From positions 53,600,767 to 53,654,440 of the forward strand of contig NC_068984.1 in NCBI RefSeq assembly GCF_001194135.2: a stretch of 53,674 nt of DNA, read 5' to 3'. The stretch's first letter is position 1. Each line of letters opens with the position of its first letter. Both the position numbers and the translations under genes were made by a program. This stretch comes from Octopus bimaculoides. Lineage: Eukaryota. Shown here one piece after another: positions 13,301-25,135 of the stretch. Under the pieces are notes generated by a model, which saw only the letters and a list, made by a program, of their open reading frames with translations, did not search any database and was not told the origin of the DNA.

Positions 13301-14717
13301 CATACTATGGCTGGTCGCAGCCGAAAGAAGGCAAAACACTTGGGGAAAAATTCCGTGATTTAATGAAGGCATGTGTCAACATGGGTGATAAGCTCTCTTA
13401 ACTGTAAGAGGAATTTATCGTTTCCACATCTGTGCATAATAGAGTAAATCCCTAACAAGACTGAAAAGCCACATCCCTGTTGCTCATGTTTAAGAGAACA
13501 ATCAAACGATAACATTCTGTCTGTCTGTATGTATGTATTCATATGNNNNNNNNNNNNNNNNNNNNNNNNNNNNNNNNNNNNNNNNNNNNNNNNNNNNNNN
13601 NNNNNNNNNNNNNNNNNNNNNNNNNNNNNNNNNNNNNNNNNNNNNTGTTTGTGTGTGTGTGTTTGTGTGCCTGTGTATATTCACCGGCACACACGCACGC
13701 GCGCATACACACACGTACACACGCACACACATAAACACATATGTGTATATGCACACATTTGAGCACACAGATGTTTAAAGAAAGTGGAAAAATAATACTC
13801 GAATATTAAAGGTAGAGTAAAATTGTGTTTTATCGAAACTGAAAGGTATTCACCAGCTAGTGTGAGAGAAACACGAGAAGAAAGAGAGAGATACAACGAC
13901 ACACGCAAAGATACAGACGATAGATATAGAGAATGCTGTGAAACTGAATATATATATATGAAGTTATCGCTGCTTTTGTCTGCCCCAAGCCAAGCCTGAA
14001 ACCAGCTGTGATTATTCCATCATTTTTCAGGCACCAAGTAAAGCATGATTTAGAGATTTCGTCGATATTTCTAACAGGTCCAGTGAGAGACCTCCTTGTT
14101 GGCTCGAAGCCATACTTATATTTCCTTTAGCGAACTCAGTGAACGACTAGATATGATTCACTCCCTCTTGTAAATATGTACGGAAGTGTACATCTTTGTA
14201 CATCTTTGTGTGTGTGTCAGTATCCGTAAAATGATAAGATCTCATACTTGCTTATTTGATTTATTTTTGTTCGTTGCCTTTGAAATCTGTTTTAAATGCT
14301 CAGAGAAAACAAAACTAGATTTATTGCTGCAGAAAGTTTATTTCAGTTTGTTAGATTCCACATTAAATCTTCGATTTCCGAATTAATCACATATTGAGAA
14401 AACATACTCCGACAAAGGATATATATTAACATAATCTGTTTTCAGCAAAATTTTTGTTATAATGTTTGAATGTATTGTTCAATATTTTTATTGATAAAAT
14501 CATTGAAGTTATCTAAATGAAAAATACAAAATATGAAATGAAATAGAATATTTTATAGAATCTCATTTATTCAAATACTGTTTTTTTATCGATAAAATCA
14601 TTCTCTCTTATTTAAACAGTCACAACTGAAATAGATTTATACAGAAGTGGAGCAATTTTTACTATTTATTCCAATGCATTTAGCAAACCTATTTTGTTGA
14701 TGCCAGTAGGTGTGTGT

Positions 14718-15096
14718 GTTGGCACTCCGTCGCTTACGACGTCGAGGGTTCCAGTTGATCCGATCAACGAAACAGCCTGTTCGTGAAATTAACGTGCAAG
14801 TGACTGAGCATTCCACAGACACGTGTACCCTTAACGTAGTTCTCGGGGATATTCAGCGTGACACAGTGTGACAAGGCTGACCCTTTGAATTACAGGCACA
14901 ACAGAAACAGGAAGGAAGAGTGAGAGAAAGTTGTGGTGGAAGAGTACAGCAGGGTTCACCACCATCCCCTGCCGGAGCCTCGTGGAGCTTTAGGTGTTTT
15001 CGCTCAATAAACACTCACAACGCCCGGTCTGGGAATCAAAACTGCGATCCTATGACCGCGAGTCCGCTGCCCTAACCACTGGGCCATTGCGCCTCC
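14718..15096 (-). mobile_element. Full-length SINE family A with 11-bp target-site duplication
   Basis: tRNA-like head with A and B boxes; TGCCAGTAGGT at 14701-14711 and 15097-15107. Confidence 0.92.
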
Positions 15097-15149
15097 TGCC
15101 AGTAGGTATATATAACCAAATCGAAAAAAACTCGATACTGTCGCTCGAC

Positions 15150-15470
15150 CAGCTTGCTACATTTTCTCAAAACCTATTCCCGCATTCTTGAAAATAAAAG
15201 GAAGGACATTAGAACACATTAACCAATGTAGTCCTAGATATGCAAATTACCAATGGAATGGTCCCAGCTGGAACGCATTTGATGATAGATCTGCTGCGCC
15301 AGGAGCTAAGTAACGACGTCGACGATACAACGAAGATGATCAATGAAATGCAAACGAGCTTACGAAGGAGCATCACCATGGTCACTCGACGTGGTAAATA
15401 TAGCAGCCAGATCTTCCTCAGATTATACTCAGCTATCTTGATAAAAATGAAAAAGATAACGTCGATAACA
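15150..15470 (+). mobile_element. SINE-like family D fragments
   Basis: ATGGAATGGTCCCAGCTGGAACGCATTTGATGATAG is nearly identical to 38047-38082; AAATATAGCAGCCAGATCTTCCTCA at about 15396. Confidence 0.65.
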
Positions 15471-15638
15471 TTATATAAAAAAAATACAACTGTTTTGAAA
15501 AGCAGCGCTTGCATTATCCTGTATGTATGTATGTATGTTTGTATGTTTGTATGTATGTATGTATGTATATATGTATGTATGTATGTATGTACGTATGTAT
15601 GTATGTATGATGTGTGTGTGAGTGTGTGTGTGTATATA

Positions 15639-15673
<35 letters not shown>

Positions 15674-16252
15674 NNNNNNNNNNNNNNNNNNNNNNNNNNN
15701 NNNNNNNNNNNNNNNNNNNNNNNNNNNNNNNNNNNNNNNNNNNNNNNNNNNNNNNNNNNNNNNNNNNNNNNNNNNNNNNNNNNNNNNNNNNNNNNNNNNN
15801 NNNNNNNNNNNNNNNNNNNNNNNNNNNNNNNNNNNNNNNNNNNNNNNNNNNNNNNNNNNNNNNNNNNNNNNNNNNNNNNNNNNNNNNNNNNNNNNNNNNN
15901 NNNNNNNNNNNNNNNNNNNNNNNNNNNNNNNNNNNNNNNNNNNNNNNNNNNNNNNNNNNNNNNNNNNNNNNNNNNNNNNNNNNNNNNNNNNNNNNNNNNN
16001 NNNNNNNNNNNNNNNNNNNNNNNNNNNNNNNNNNNNNNNNNNNNNNNNNNNNNNNNNNNNNNNNNNNNNNNNNNNNNNNNNNNNNNNNNNNNNNNNNNNN
16101 NNNNNNNNNNNNNNNNNNNNNNNNNNNNNNNNNNNNNNNNNNNNNNNNNNNNNNNNNNNNNNNNNNNNNNNNNNNNNNNNNNNNNNNNNNNNNNNNNNNN
16201 NNNNNNNNNNNNNNNNNNNNNNNNNNNNNNNNNNNNNNNNNNNNNNNNNNNN

Positions 16253-16296
<44 letters not shown>

Positions 16297-16340
16297 TATA
16301 TATACACACATATACATATATATACATATACATACCTACA

Positions 16341-16545
16341 GGAGTGGGTGTGTGGTAAGCAGCTTGCTTACCAACCACATGGTTCCGGGTCCATACGACA
16401 AGTTTCTTTCAGTTTCTACCTACCAAATACTCTCATAAGGCTTTGGTCGAGTTTAGGCTATAGTAGAAGACACCTTCTCAAGGTGCAGCGCATTGAGATT
16501 GAACGCAGAACCATGTGGAAAGGAAGCAAGCTTCTTATCACATAG
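16341..16545. mobile_element. SINE family B pieces: + strand head 16341-16391 joined to a minus-strand partial copy
   Basis: GGAGTGGGTGTGTGGTAAGCAGCTTGCTTACCAACCACATGGTTCCGGG, then the reverse complement of the same head region. Confidence 0.75.
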
Positions 16546-16698
16546 TCACGCTTGTACACATACACATAAATCCACACACGAACGCGCGTGCAAATGATAT
16601 AATAATTCTTCGTATAATAAATCTTCATGTGCACGGTGAACAGCGCAAATAAAAACGATGATTTACATACTCATCCTCAATACGTTAGATTCAAATAT

Positions 16699-16840
16699 GA
16701 ATACGCGAATCGCTGCTGTATTTCGTCATCGGAGAAGAATTTCTTTCAGACGTATTCACTAGCACAAGGAGATTTTGGAAATCCAGGCTCGGCAACACCT
16801 AAACACACATTCGTCTGAAAGGAGAAATACACTAGCGATT
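16699..16840. repeat. Imperfect inverted repeat with a degenerate hammerhead-like arm
   Basis: 16708-16752 matches the reverse complement of 16812-16840, with about an 18-bp deletion in the right arm. Confidence 0.55.
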
Positions 16841-17104
16841 AGAGTTTTCACTTTCAAGTTTCGAATCTGCCGGAATATATCCAGAGTGAATATGTAATTC
16901 TTTGTGTGTACATATATGTGTGTATGATTGTGCGTGTATGTATACGATATGTACATACATATATACATATACATGTATACATATGCATATATGAACAGCT
17001 GGATGGATGGATGGTTGAATGGATGGATGAATCCATAGATGCAAATAGGCATTGCCCATAGAGTTCTATTCAACCGTTTCTGATGATGGTGATGATGATG
17101 ATAT

Positions 17105-17712
17105 TCTTTTATTCTTTTATTTGTTTCAGTCATTTGACTGCGGCCATGCTGGAGCTCCGCCTTTAGTCGAACAAATCGACCCCGGGACTTATTCTTTGTA
17201 AGCCTAGTACTTATTCTACCGGTCTGTAAGCAAGCTGCTTACCACACACCCACCCACTCCTGTAGGTATGTATATGTATATATATGTATGTATATATATA
17301 TATACATATATATATATATACTCTTTTACTCTTTTACTCTTTTACTTGTTTCAGTCATTTGACTGTGGCCATGCTGGAGCACCACCTTTAGTCGAGCAAA
17401 TCGACCCCGGGACTTATTCTTTGTAAGCCTAGTACTTATTCTATCGGTCTCTTTTGCCGAACCGCTAAGTGACGGGGATATAAACACACCAGTATCGGTT
17501 GTCAAGCAATGCTAGGGGTGACTAACACAGACACACAAACACACACACATATATATATACATATATACGACGGGCTTCTTTCAGTTTCCGTCTACCAAAT
17601 CCACTCACAAGGCTTTGGTCGGCCCGAGGCTATAGTAGAAGACACTTGCCCAAGATGCCACGCAGTGGGACTGAACCCGGAACCATGTGGTTGGTAAGCA
17701 AGCTACTTATCA
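17105..17712 (-). mobile_element. SINE family B: tail fragment (17105-17225) and a complete copy (17322-17712) with an internal TA/CA microsatellite
   Basis: Tail CTTGTTTCAGTCATTTGACTG.GGCCATGCTGGAGC repeated twice; head ...AACCATGTGGTTGGTAAGCAAGCTACTTA on the + strand. Confidence 0.85.
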
Positions 17713-17959
17713 CATATATATATATATATATATTATTTATATATATATATATATATATATATGTACTTACATATATACATACATAAATATGTATGTATGT
17801 ATGTACGTATGCACGCATGTATGTATGTTTGCATGTATATATATGTATGTATGTATGAAATATATCTTACACATACATATTTAACGGAGAATGGGATCCT
17901 GGGAATCCAATTCTGTTCAGCTCGAACACCAAATTCAGTACTGGAAAGGAGAAGTTTGT

Positions 17960-18270
17960 GCGATTACTTTTATTACAAATAGTGACTGTCAGCTTTCAAC
18001 CAGAGTAACAAAATGACATGAAAATCAAGTCTTCTATGAAATGGCTACAACTCCAATATGAAATTTCCGTTATTGTGGAATAAAGCCAACTACTTTTCGT
18101 TGCTAATCTAACGTCCTGACTACTGAAGAAAAATTTTTTTGCGCACTAACCGAAATTTTAACCAAGAAATGAAGTACAGTTTGTAGATTTATGACTTCTT
18201 TTATTGAAGTTAGAGCCAAATATTGCAAAGCTTGCTGCTGGTCACCAGCTAAAGGGATTACATTAATAAA
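17960..18270 (+). mobile_element. hAT (Charlie/Buster-like) transposase C-terminal relic
   Basis: EEKFFCALTEILTKK*...DL*LLLLKLEPNIAKLAAGHQLKGLH* resembles the end of the hAT dimerisation domain. Confidence 0.55.
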
Positions 18271-19149
18271 CAATTCCTTTTATCTTGATTTATTGCTAGT
18301 TTAGTTTGCTTTTATAGTTATTCTTATATGACTAAATATTAATAAACAGTATCTGCAACAATATTTTAACTACATTAAACAATGTACTTGTTATTAAGTA
18401 AAATAATAAACCCGTTTGCTTTATTTTCAGTTTCATTACAACCATTACCTTTAGCTATTAAGCTTAAAAGTTTGAGTGGGTGAGCTTTTTTGGTAAGTGT
18501 ACAAGTCTTTTAGGTAGATGTTTAGTAACAAGCTACAAAACACTGACCTACTATGTCCTTCCATTTCATAAGATGGTATGGTGCGGATTTGGAGGAAATA
18601 TAGTGGCTATTTCTGGCCACTCGAACGATCGAGTTGAGACTTCCTTAGTTGGCACTTTTGAAGGCTTTGTCTGTTGAGTATATGCTGGGAATGCAAGACT
18701 GTTGTTTCCTTAGTATCTGCAGAGATTATGTCTTGATGCTGCTGAAGGAAACTTGGTTGATATGTTCCTTTTAGAGAATATTCTGAAGGTCTCTCATGTG
18801 CCTAGTGTAAGGTGTTTAGCCGGTTTTATGTGAATGATATGTTTGTGTGAAATCAGAAGGATCGAGGTGTAGTACTCAGAGAAAGGAAGTGAAGAAAGAC
18901 GGTGGGATTGAAAGTATGAAGGGGAATAATGAAGTGCGGTAAGGTAATAATGGCTATAGACTTAACTAGTGAAAAAAAAAAAAAGCTCTAACGCATTAAC
19001 GTATGGTTGTACCTGAACAAGAAAGCTAGACATGCAAATCTTTGTAATACACATGCGCATTCATACAAAAGCGTTAACTCTCATAAAAATCTCATTTTTT
19101 TATATATATTAAAAAAAAAAAACCGGGAAGGAAGGCATTGTGATGAAAG

Positions 19150-19395
19150 GAATAGAAACAGTCCAGCGTTCACTAGATCTCTGTGTGGTCGTTTGATCTG
19201 ATGAAAATAGTAACCAATCACCTTGAAATGTTATCCGACCATCTAAGAAAAGAAGTACTTATTGAATAATGTAATCATGGATGCATGGTGTTAAGGGGCG
19301 GAGAGGAAGACGTGACGACTCGGGCTGGGACGCTTATGTTCACAAGTTTACTTAATCAGGAGCGATACAATTTGGGGGTTAGACAACAGCAACAG

Positions 19396-19476
<81 letters not shown>

Positions 19477-19492
19477 CAACAACTTCAACTGG
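19150..19492 (+). mobile_element. SINE-like family D copy whose tail is a (CAG/CAA)n array (19383-19482)
   Basis: Body similar to other family D copies; array begins where their (AAC)n tail lies. Confidence 0.6.
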
Positions 19493-19657
19493 TTACAGAC
19501 ATTCTAAAGGTGAAGATGGTAAATCTCTCCTATTATATATAAATCCTTGAAAGTTTGTGGAATGCCAATGAAATCGCTTCTCAGATTTACAGAGTTCTGG
19601 AAAGATAGAGCTATACATACATACATACATACATACATACATACATACATACATACA

Positions 19658-19688
<31 letters not shown>

Positions 19689-20402
19689 GTACGTATGTAT
19701 ATATATATATAAAACCTAAGCAAAGAAATCGTATTAATAGCTATAGGCATTGCGGAAGGAAGTGTGTTATATGAGAGTCAGCGGAACTTGAAAAATGGAT
19801 TGGCAAATTGCCATCGAGACGATGAGTGTGGTGAATGTTTTTAGCAAAACGATGAGTATATTAGCATCAAAAATTATCAGAGTACCAGCTGAGCATTCAT
19901 ATTTCATTGTAAAAGGATACAGCAGTCAGTTTGAAATAGTTTTTACTGCATAACAAACGTTAGGTAAGTATAATCTATAGTGAGAGTGAACGCAAATGAA
20001 TAGAAAAAAAACAAAAAAAAATCCCGAAGTCTGCGAATACTCTTTAGTAAATAATTTAAATTTCTAATTTTACCAATGTTGCTAGTATATAGTGTTTTGA
20101 ACGAATTTTAACCGAATTATAGCATTATCTAAAAATTTCAGTAAAAAAAAAAAGAAAAAAGGAAGAAAAATACTGGAATACAGACATTCGAAGAATGATT
20201 ATATCTGGCATTCGAAGATAGGAAAATGAAGAAGAATAAAAATATTTCGAAAGTCTATCAAATTATGTCACACAGTATGTGAGCTGTGCGCAAGGAGATA
20301 AATTTTGTATAGTATAGACATTGCAATAAAATGTACATAGATGAAGAAGCTGTTGGAAAAGCAGGAACTATAGTAATACATCATTATATATGAATGATAA
20401 TA

Positions 20403-20820
20403 AGGCGGCGAACTGGCGATATGCTTAGTGCGTCGGACAAAATGCTTAACTGCATTCCTTCCATTTCTTTACGTTGTGGGCTCACATTCCACTAAAATCG
20501 ACTTTACCTTAGAGGGTCAGTAAAAATAAAGCCCAGTCAAGTGGTGCTGTCGATGTAAACGACTTGCCCCTTCCCTGGTCTCGTACCTAAATTTGAAACC
20601 ACTATATGTTAATGACAATAATGTGTTTTTATTTTTTAATTTTAATAATACATTGTTGCAGGCATGGATGCCTAGATAAGAAGCTTACTTTGTAACCATG
20701 AGGTTTCGGGTTCAGTCCCACTGTGCAACACCTTAGGCAGGTGCTTTCTACTACAAACCCCGGGCTGACCAGTGCCTTCTGAGCGAATTTGATAGACGGG
20801 AACTGGGTGGAAGCCCGTCA
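20403..20820 (+). mobile_element. Degenerate SINE C (20403-20605) and SINE B head (20660-20820)
   Basis: GGCGGCGAACTGGC...; GGCATGGATGCC...GGTTTCGGGTTCAGTCCCACTGTGCAACACCTTAGGCAGGTG. Confidence 0.7.
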
Positions 20821-21178
20821 TATATATATATATATATTTAAAAATTTAAGGAATGGAGAAAACGCATGTTAACATGCGTTTTCTCCANNNNNNNNNNNNN
20901 NNNNNNNNNNNNNNNNNNNNNNNNNNNNNNNNNNNNNNNNNNNNNNNNNNNNNNNNNNNNNNNNNNNNNNNNNNNNNNNNNNNNNNNNNNNNNNNNNNNN
21001 NNNNNNNNNNNNNNNNNNNNNNNNNNNNNNNNNNNNNNNNNNNNNNNNNNNNNNNNNNNNNNNNNNNNNNNNNNNNNNNNNNNNNNNNNNNNNNNNNNNN
21101 NNNNNNNNNNNNNNNNNNNNNNNNNNNNNNNNNNNNNNNNNNNNNNNNNNNNNNNNNNNNNNNNNNNNNNNNNNNNNN

Positions 21179-21264
<86 letters not shown>

Positions 21265-21648
21265 AACACACGTCTGTGTGTTAGTATCAAGTGACAATGC
21301 TTCACGTTGTAAGTTAAGTCACGGTTAACTGAAAGTATTCAGTCAACATGACTGGTCTTAGCGACTATCCTCTATCAATCAAGTCCTATCCTAAACATAT
21401 ACGGATTTGATCCATGAACTCCCTATAAAAATAGGACAAGCTTCAAACACTATTCAGAAGCAAGACAGTTGCGACATAAGCTACGTCTTTCAATTTCAAT
21501 GTTTTGAAAATCAGTGTTCACTGTGAAACCGGTTAAATCATTAAATATGATAAGAAAATATTTTAGCTATTCTCAGTGACTTTTCAACTTTTATTTATCA
21601 TATATATATATATACTTATGTTTTGTGCCAAATAAACACACACACTAT

Positions 21649-21856
21649 GTATTCGTTCTTCATTCGTTTATTACTGTTCTTATTCTCTAACTCAGGTCCG
21701 TTGTTCGGAAATCTTTCGTCACACATCTGTGACCTCTTCAGTGACACTTTCAACCTCAAGAGATTGAAATAAGTAGAGCAAGAGCACTGATGAAGACGGA
21801 AAGTGTCGCTGAAGAGTTAGAATAAGAACAGTAATAAATAAGTGAAGAACGAATAT
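21649..21856. repeat. Palindromic repeat, probable Penelope-like pseudo-LTR pair with a hammerhead-like core
   Basis: About 44-bp arms (TATTCGTTCTTCATTCGTTTATTACTGTTCTTATT.. / ..AATAAGAACAGTAATAAATAAGTGAAGAACGAATA); same family at 46715-46810. Confidence 0.75.
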
Positions 21857-22104
21857 ATAGTGTGTGTGTTTATTTTGTTAAAAAAAAACAAAACGACCAT
21901 CCCGAAATACAATATCTGTTTCAACACACGATTTCACTTCAGGAATCTTGCAACACAAATTCATATATATATATATATATANNNNNNNNNNNNNNNNNNN
22001 NNNNNNNNNNNNNNNNNNNNNNNNNNNNNNNNNNNNNNNNNNNNNNNNNNNNNNNNNNNNNNNNNNNNNNNNNNNNNNNNNNNNNNNNNNNNTCAAAACT
22101 TTTT

Positions 22105-23020
22105 TTATTTCATTGGTCGTCTTCGATCGACCAATGCCATATAGTGTACTTTCAAAATATAGTATGCTTGCTGCAGTTGTTGAGCATAAAGGTTAGCATT
22201 TGCAGCATTACCATCAAGAATAAATTCAAAGTCCAACATCCGGATATAGCTGTCAGAGATAAAGTAAAAAATTCTTTCTAATCGATGTATCAATACCAAC
22301 AGATGACAATGTTTCTCTAAAAAAAAGGGAGAAACTTTCAAAATACAAAGATCTGGAAATAGAGGCAACTCGAATGCAGAGTCTAAAAACAGAAACAATT
22401 CCCATCATAGTAGGCGCATTAGGTATGATAAAAAAATATTCACACAATTTCATAATAAAAACCCCAGGACTAACAAGTATATATAACATACAACAGGTTC
22501 TGAAGCCTGGCAAAACAACCACAGATTTCTCTTATTAAGATTGTAAAAATAGATCCACTTTTCATTTCCATTTAGAATTTGATGCCAAAAATGAATCTCG
22601 CGAGGATTTGCCAGCAGTTGCTTGCAAATGTTCACTCGTAGTCCATTGGTCAGTTTTTAAGGAAATTCTCGATATCCATTGTTCACAAGGCCGATTTGTG
22701 GTGCGTTGTGAAGGAATAACTTCTACTGTCAATGTACGAGCGCTTGTGATTGGTTGTTGCTCAATCATTTCTAGAAAAGCCTCATCTTCCACGACAGAAG
22801 GTTTCCCTGACCTTGGCTTTTCTTCGAATCTGAAGTCATCTTCCTTAAAACGTCTGAACAAGTTTTGTGCCACACGTTCGTTGACATTTCCAGAGTGGTC
22901 CACGTCATTAATTTTTTTGCTGCTCTCCATGCACTCACTCCTATTTTCTACAGTTAGTGTAAAATGGATTTTCGTACTAAATGTTTACCAGTCATTGTCA
23001 AAGCAGTAAAAGAAAGGATA
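22105..23020 (-). mobile_element. Mariner transposase pseudogene, interrupted by a 253-bp insert at 22240-22492
   Basis: VNERVAQNLFRRFKEDDFRFEEKPRSGKP (HTH), GNEKWIYFYN (first catalytic-D region), LDFEFILDGNAANANLYAQQL...LVDRRR. Confidence 0.85.
22240..22492 (+). repeat. 253-bp copy of RLE-domain sequence identical to 23543-23795
   Basis: CCGGATATAGCTG...TATAACATACA; no difference seen by eye. Confidence 0.9.
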
Positions 23021-23264
23021 AGCTGTTAATGATTATATGTTATAATCGTATACGAAAATAAAGAATAAAGAATTCCACAACGATTGCGCAAGTTGTAATC
23101 AAATTAATGATTTAAAATGGAGACAAAAGTTGTCAAAATTCGTTATAGAAAATCTGAAAAAGTTTTAACTCAATTTGGTATGTATGTATGTATGTGTGTA
23201 TGTATGTATGTATGTATGTATGTATGTATGTATGTATGTATGTATGAAATGACCAAAAAGATGT

Positions 23265-23947
23265 AGTGAAAAGAAGTACAAGAAACTGCAGAATATGTGG
23301 AGATGGAGAAGAAACAATAAATTATATTGTTTCTGGCTGCCCAGTCCTAGTTAAAAAGGAATATATTCACAAACATAACAGAGTTGGGATCTATATACAG
23401 TGGAAGCTATGCTAACACTATAGAACAATAACAGCAAAAAAGATGGTATAGGCACACGCCAGAAAAGATCACAGAAAATGGGAAAGCAACCATACTCTGG
23501 AATATGCCAATACACACAAATAAAGAAATTGAGGCCAATAGACCGGATATAGCTGTCAGAGATAAAGTAAAAAATTCTTTCTAATCGATGTATCAATACC
23601 AACAGATGACAATGTTTCTCTAAAAAAAAGGGAGAAACTTTCAAAATACAAAGATCTGGAAATAGAGGCAACTCGAATGCAGAGTCTAAAAACAGAAACA
23701 ATTCCCATCATAGTAGGCGCATTAGGTATGATAAAAAAATATTCACACAATTTCATAATAAAAACCCCAGGACTAACAAGTATATATAACATACAGAAAA
23801 TAGCACTACTAGACATCGTAAAACACTTTCATTACAGTAAAAATAAGAGAATCACAACAAGCCACAATACACACCCAAGGCACAGAGCTGCGCTCAGTAG
23901 TGCAGTGAAAGCTCGTGATAAAAATAAGACTACTGAATATTAATAAT
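23265..23947 (+). mobile_element. 5'-truncated R4/Dong-like RLE element (family 1): RLE domain, 3' UTR and short (AAT)n tail
   Basis: ILWNMPIHTNKEIEANRPDIAVRDK...KYKDLEIEATRMQSLKTETIPIIVGALG...QKIALL. Confidence 0.88.
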
Positions 23948-23949
23948 AA

Positions 23950-24165
23950 TCCGTTCTATTGAAGGCACAAGAGTTGAAATTTGCAGGGAGGGATAAGCAG
24001 ATTACATTAACCCTAGTGCTTGACTAGTACATATTTTATCGATCCAATAAGAATGAAAAGGCAAAGTCGACATCGACGGAACTCGATCACAGAACGTAAA
24101 GATGGATGAAATGACGTTAAGCATTTTGCCTGGCTTGCTAACGATTCTGTCGCATCACCGCCTTG
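23950..24165 (-). mobile_element. SINE family C
   Basis: Similar to 6366-6840. Confidence 0.8.
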
Positions 24166-24169
24166 TGGT

Positions 24170-24455
24170 AAATATGCAAGTTGTGAACAGTGAAGAGAAT
24201 GGACGTGATACCAATAGTAATTGGCGCGCTTGTAACTATCATCACTCAGCTACCAACATAACTCAAAAAGATTGGTACACATGTAATGATAGATCATCTA
24301 TAAAGAACAACCTTGCTTGGAACTGCAACAGTACTTCGCAGGATTCTTGAAGCATGATCAGTAAACAAGTGTTATCTTAATCTGTTGGTTGTGGACAGCT
24401 GTCACTTGCCATTATACCCAGCAAAATAAGCTGAGAGTTCATCAAATAATAATAA
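24170..24455 (+). mobile_element. 3' end of a third RLE-type element with a distinct 3' UTR and (AAT)n tail
   Basis: KRMDVIPIVIGALVTI..*LKKIG..RTTLLGTATVLRRILEA*. Confidence 0.75.
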
Positions 24456-24658
24456 TAATCCTTTCTACTATAGGTACAAGGCCCGAAATCGGGGGAGGGT
24501 TATAGTCGATTACATCGACTCCACTACTCGACTGGTACTTTTTCATCGACACCGAAAGGATGAAAGGCAAAGTCGACCTCAGCGGAATTTCAACTCAGAA
24601 CGTAAGGATTGCTAGGCATTTTGCCCAGCGTGCTAACGACTCTGCAAGCTTGCCGCCT
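24456..24658 (-). mobile_element. SINE family C
   Basis: Similar to 6366-6840. Confidence 0.8.
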
Positions 24659-24660
24659 AG

Positions 24661-25135
<475 letters not shown>

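Noticed and set aside
15240-15393. Exon-like ORF (MQITNGMVPAG... on +; signal-peptide-like MVMLLRKLVCISLII... on -)
   Set aside because: The nucleotide sequence matches the family D repeat seen at 38047, 30740 and 10200
18430-18870. Higher-complexity block, possibly a LINE relic on the minus strand
   Set aside because: All frames are interrupted and I could not identify a diagnostic motif
19285-19542. PolyQ protein-coding exon
   Set aside because: The array is at the tail position of a family D SINE-like copy; kept only as a repeat-evolution finding
20854-20887. Perfect 34-bp palindrome
   Set aside because: Ends exactly at a gap edge, so a read or assembly fold-back artefact cannot be excluded
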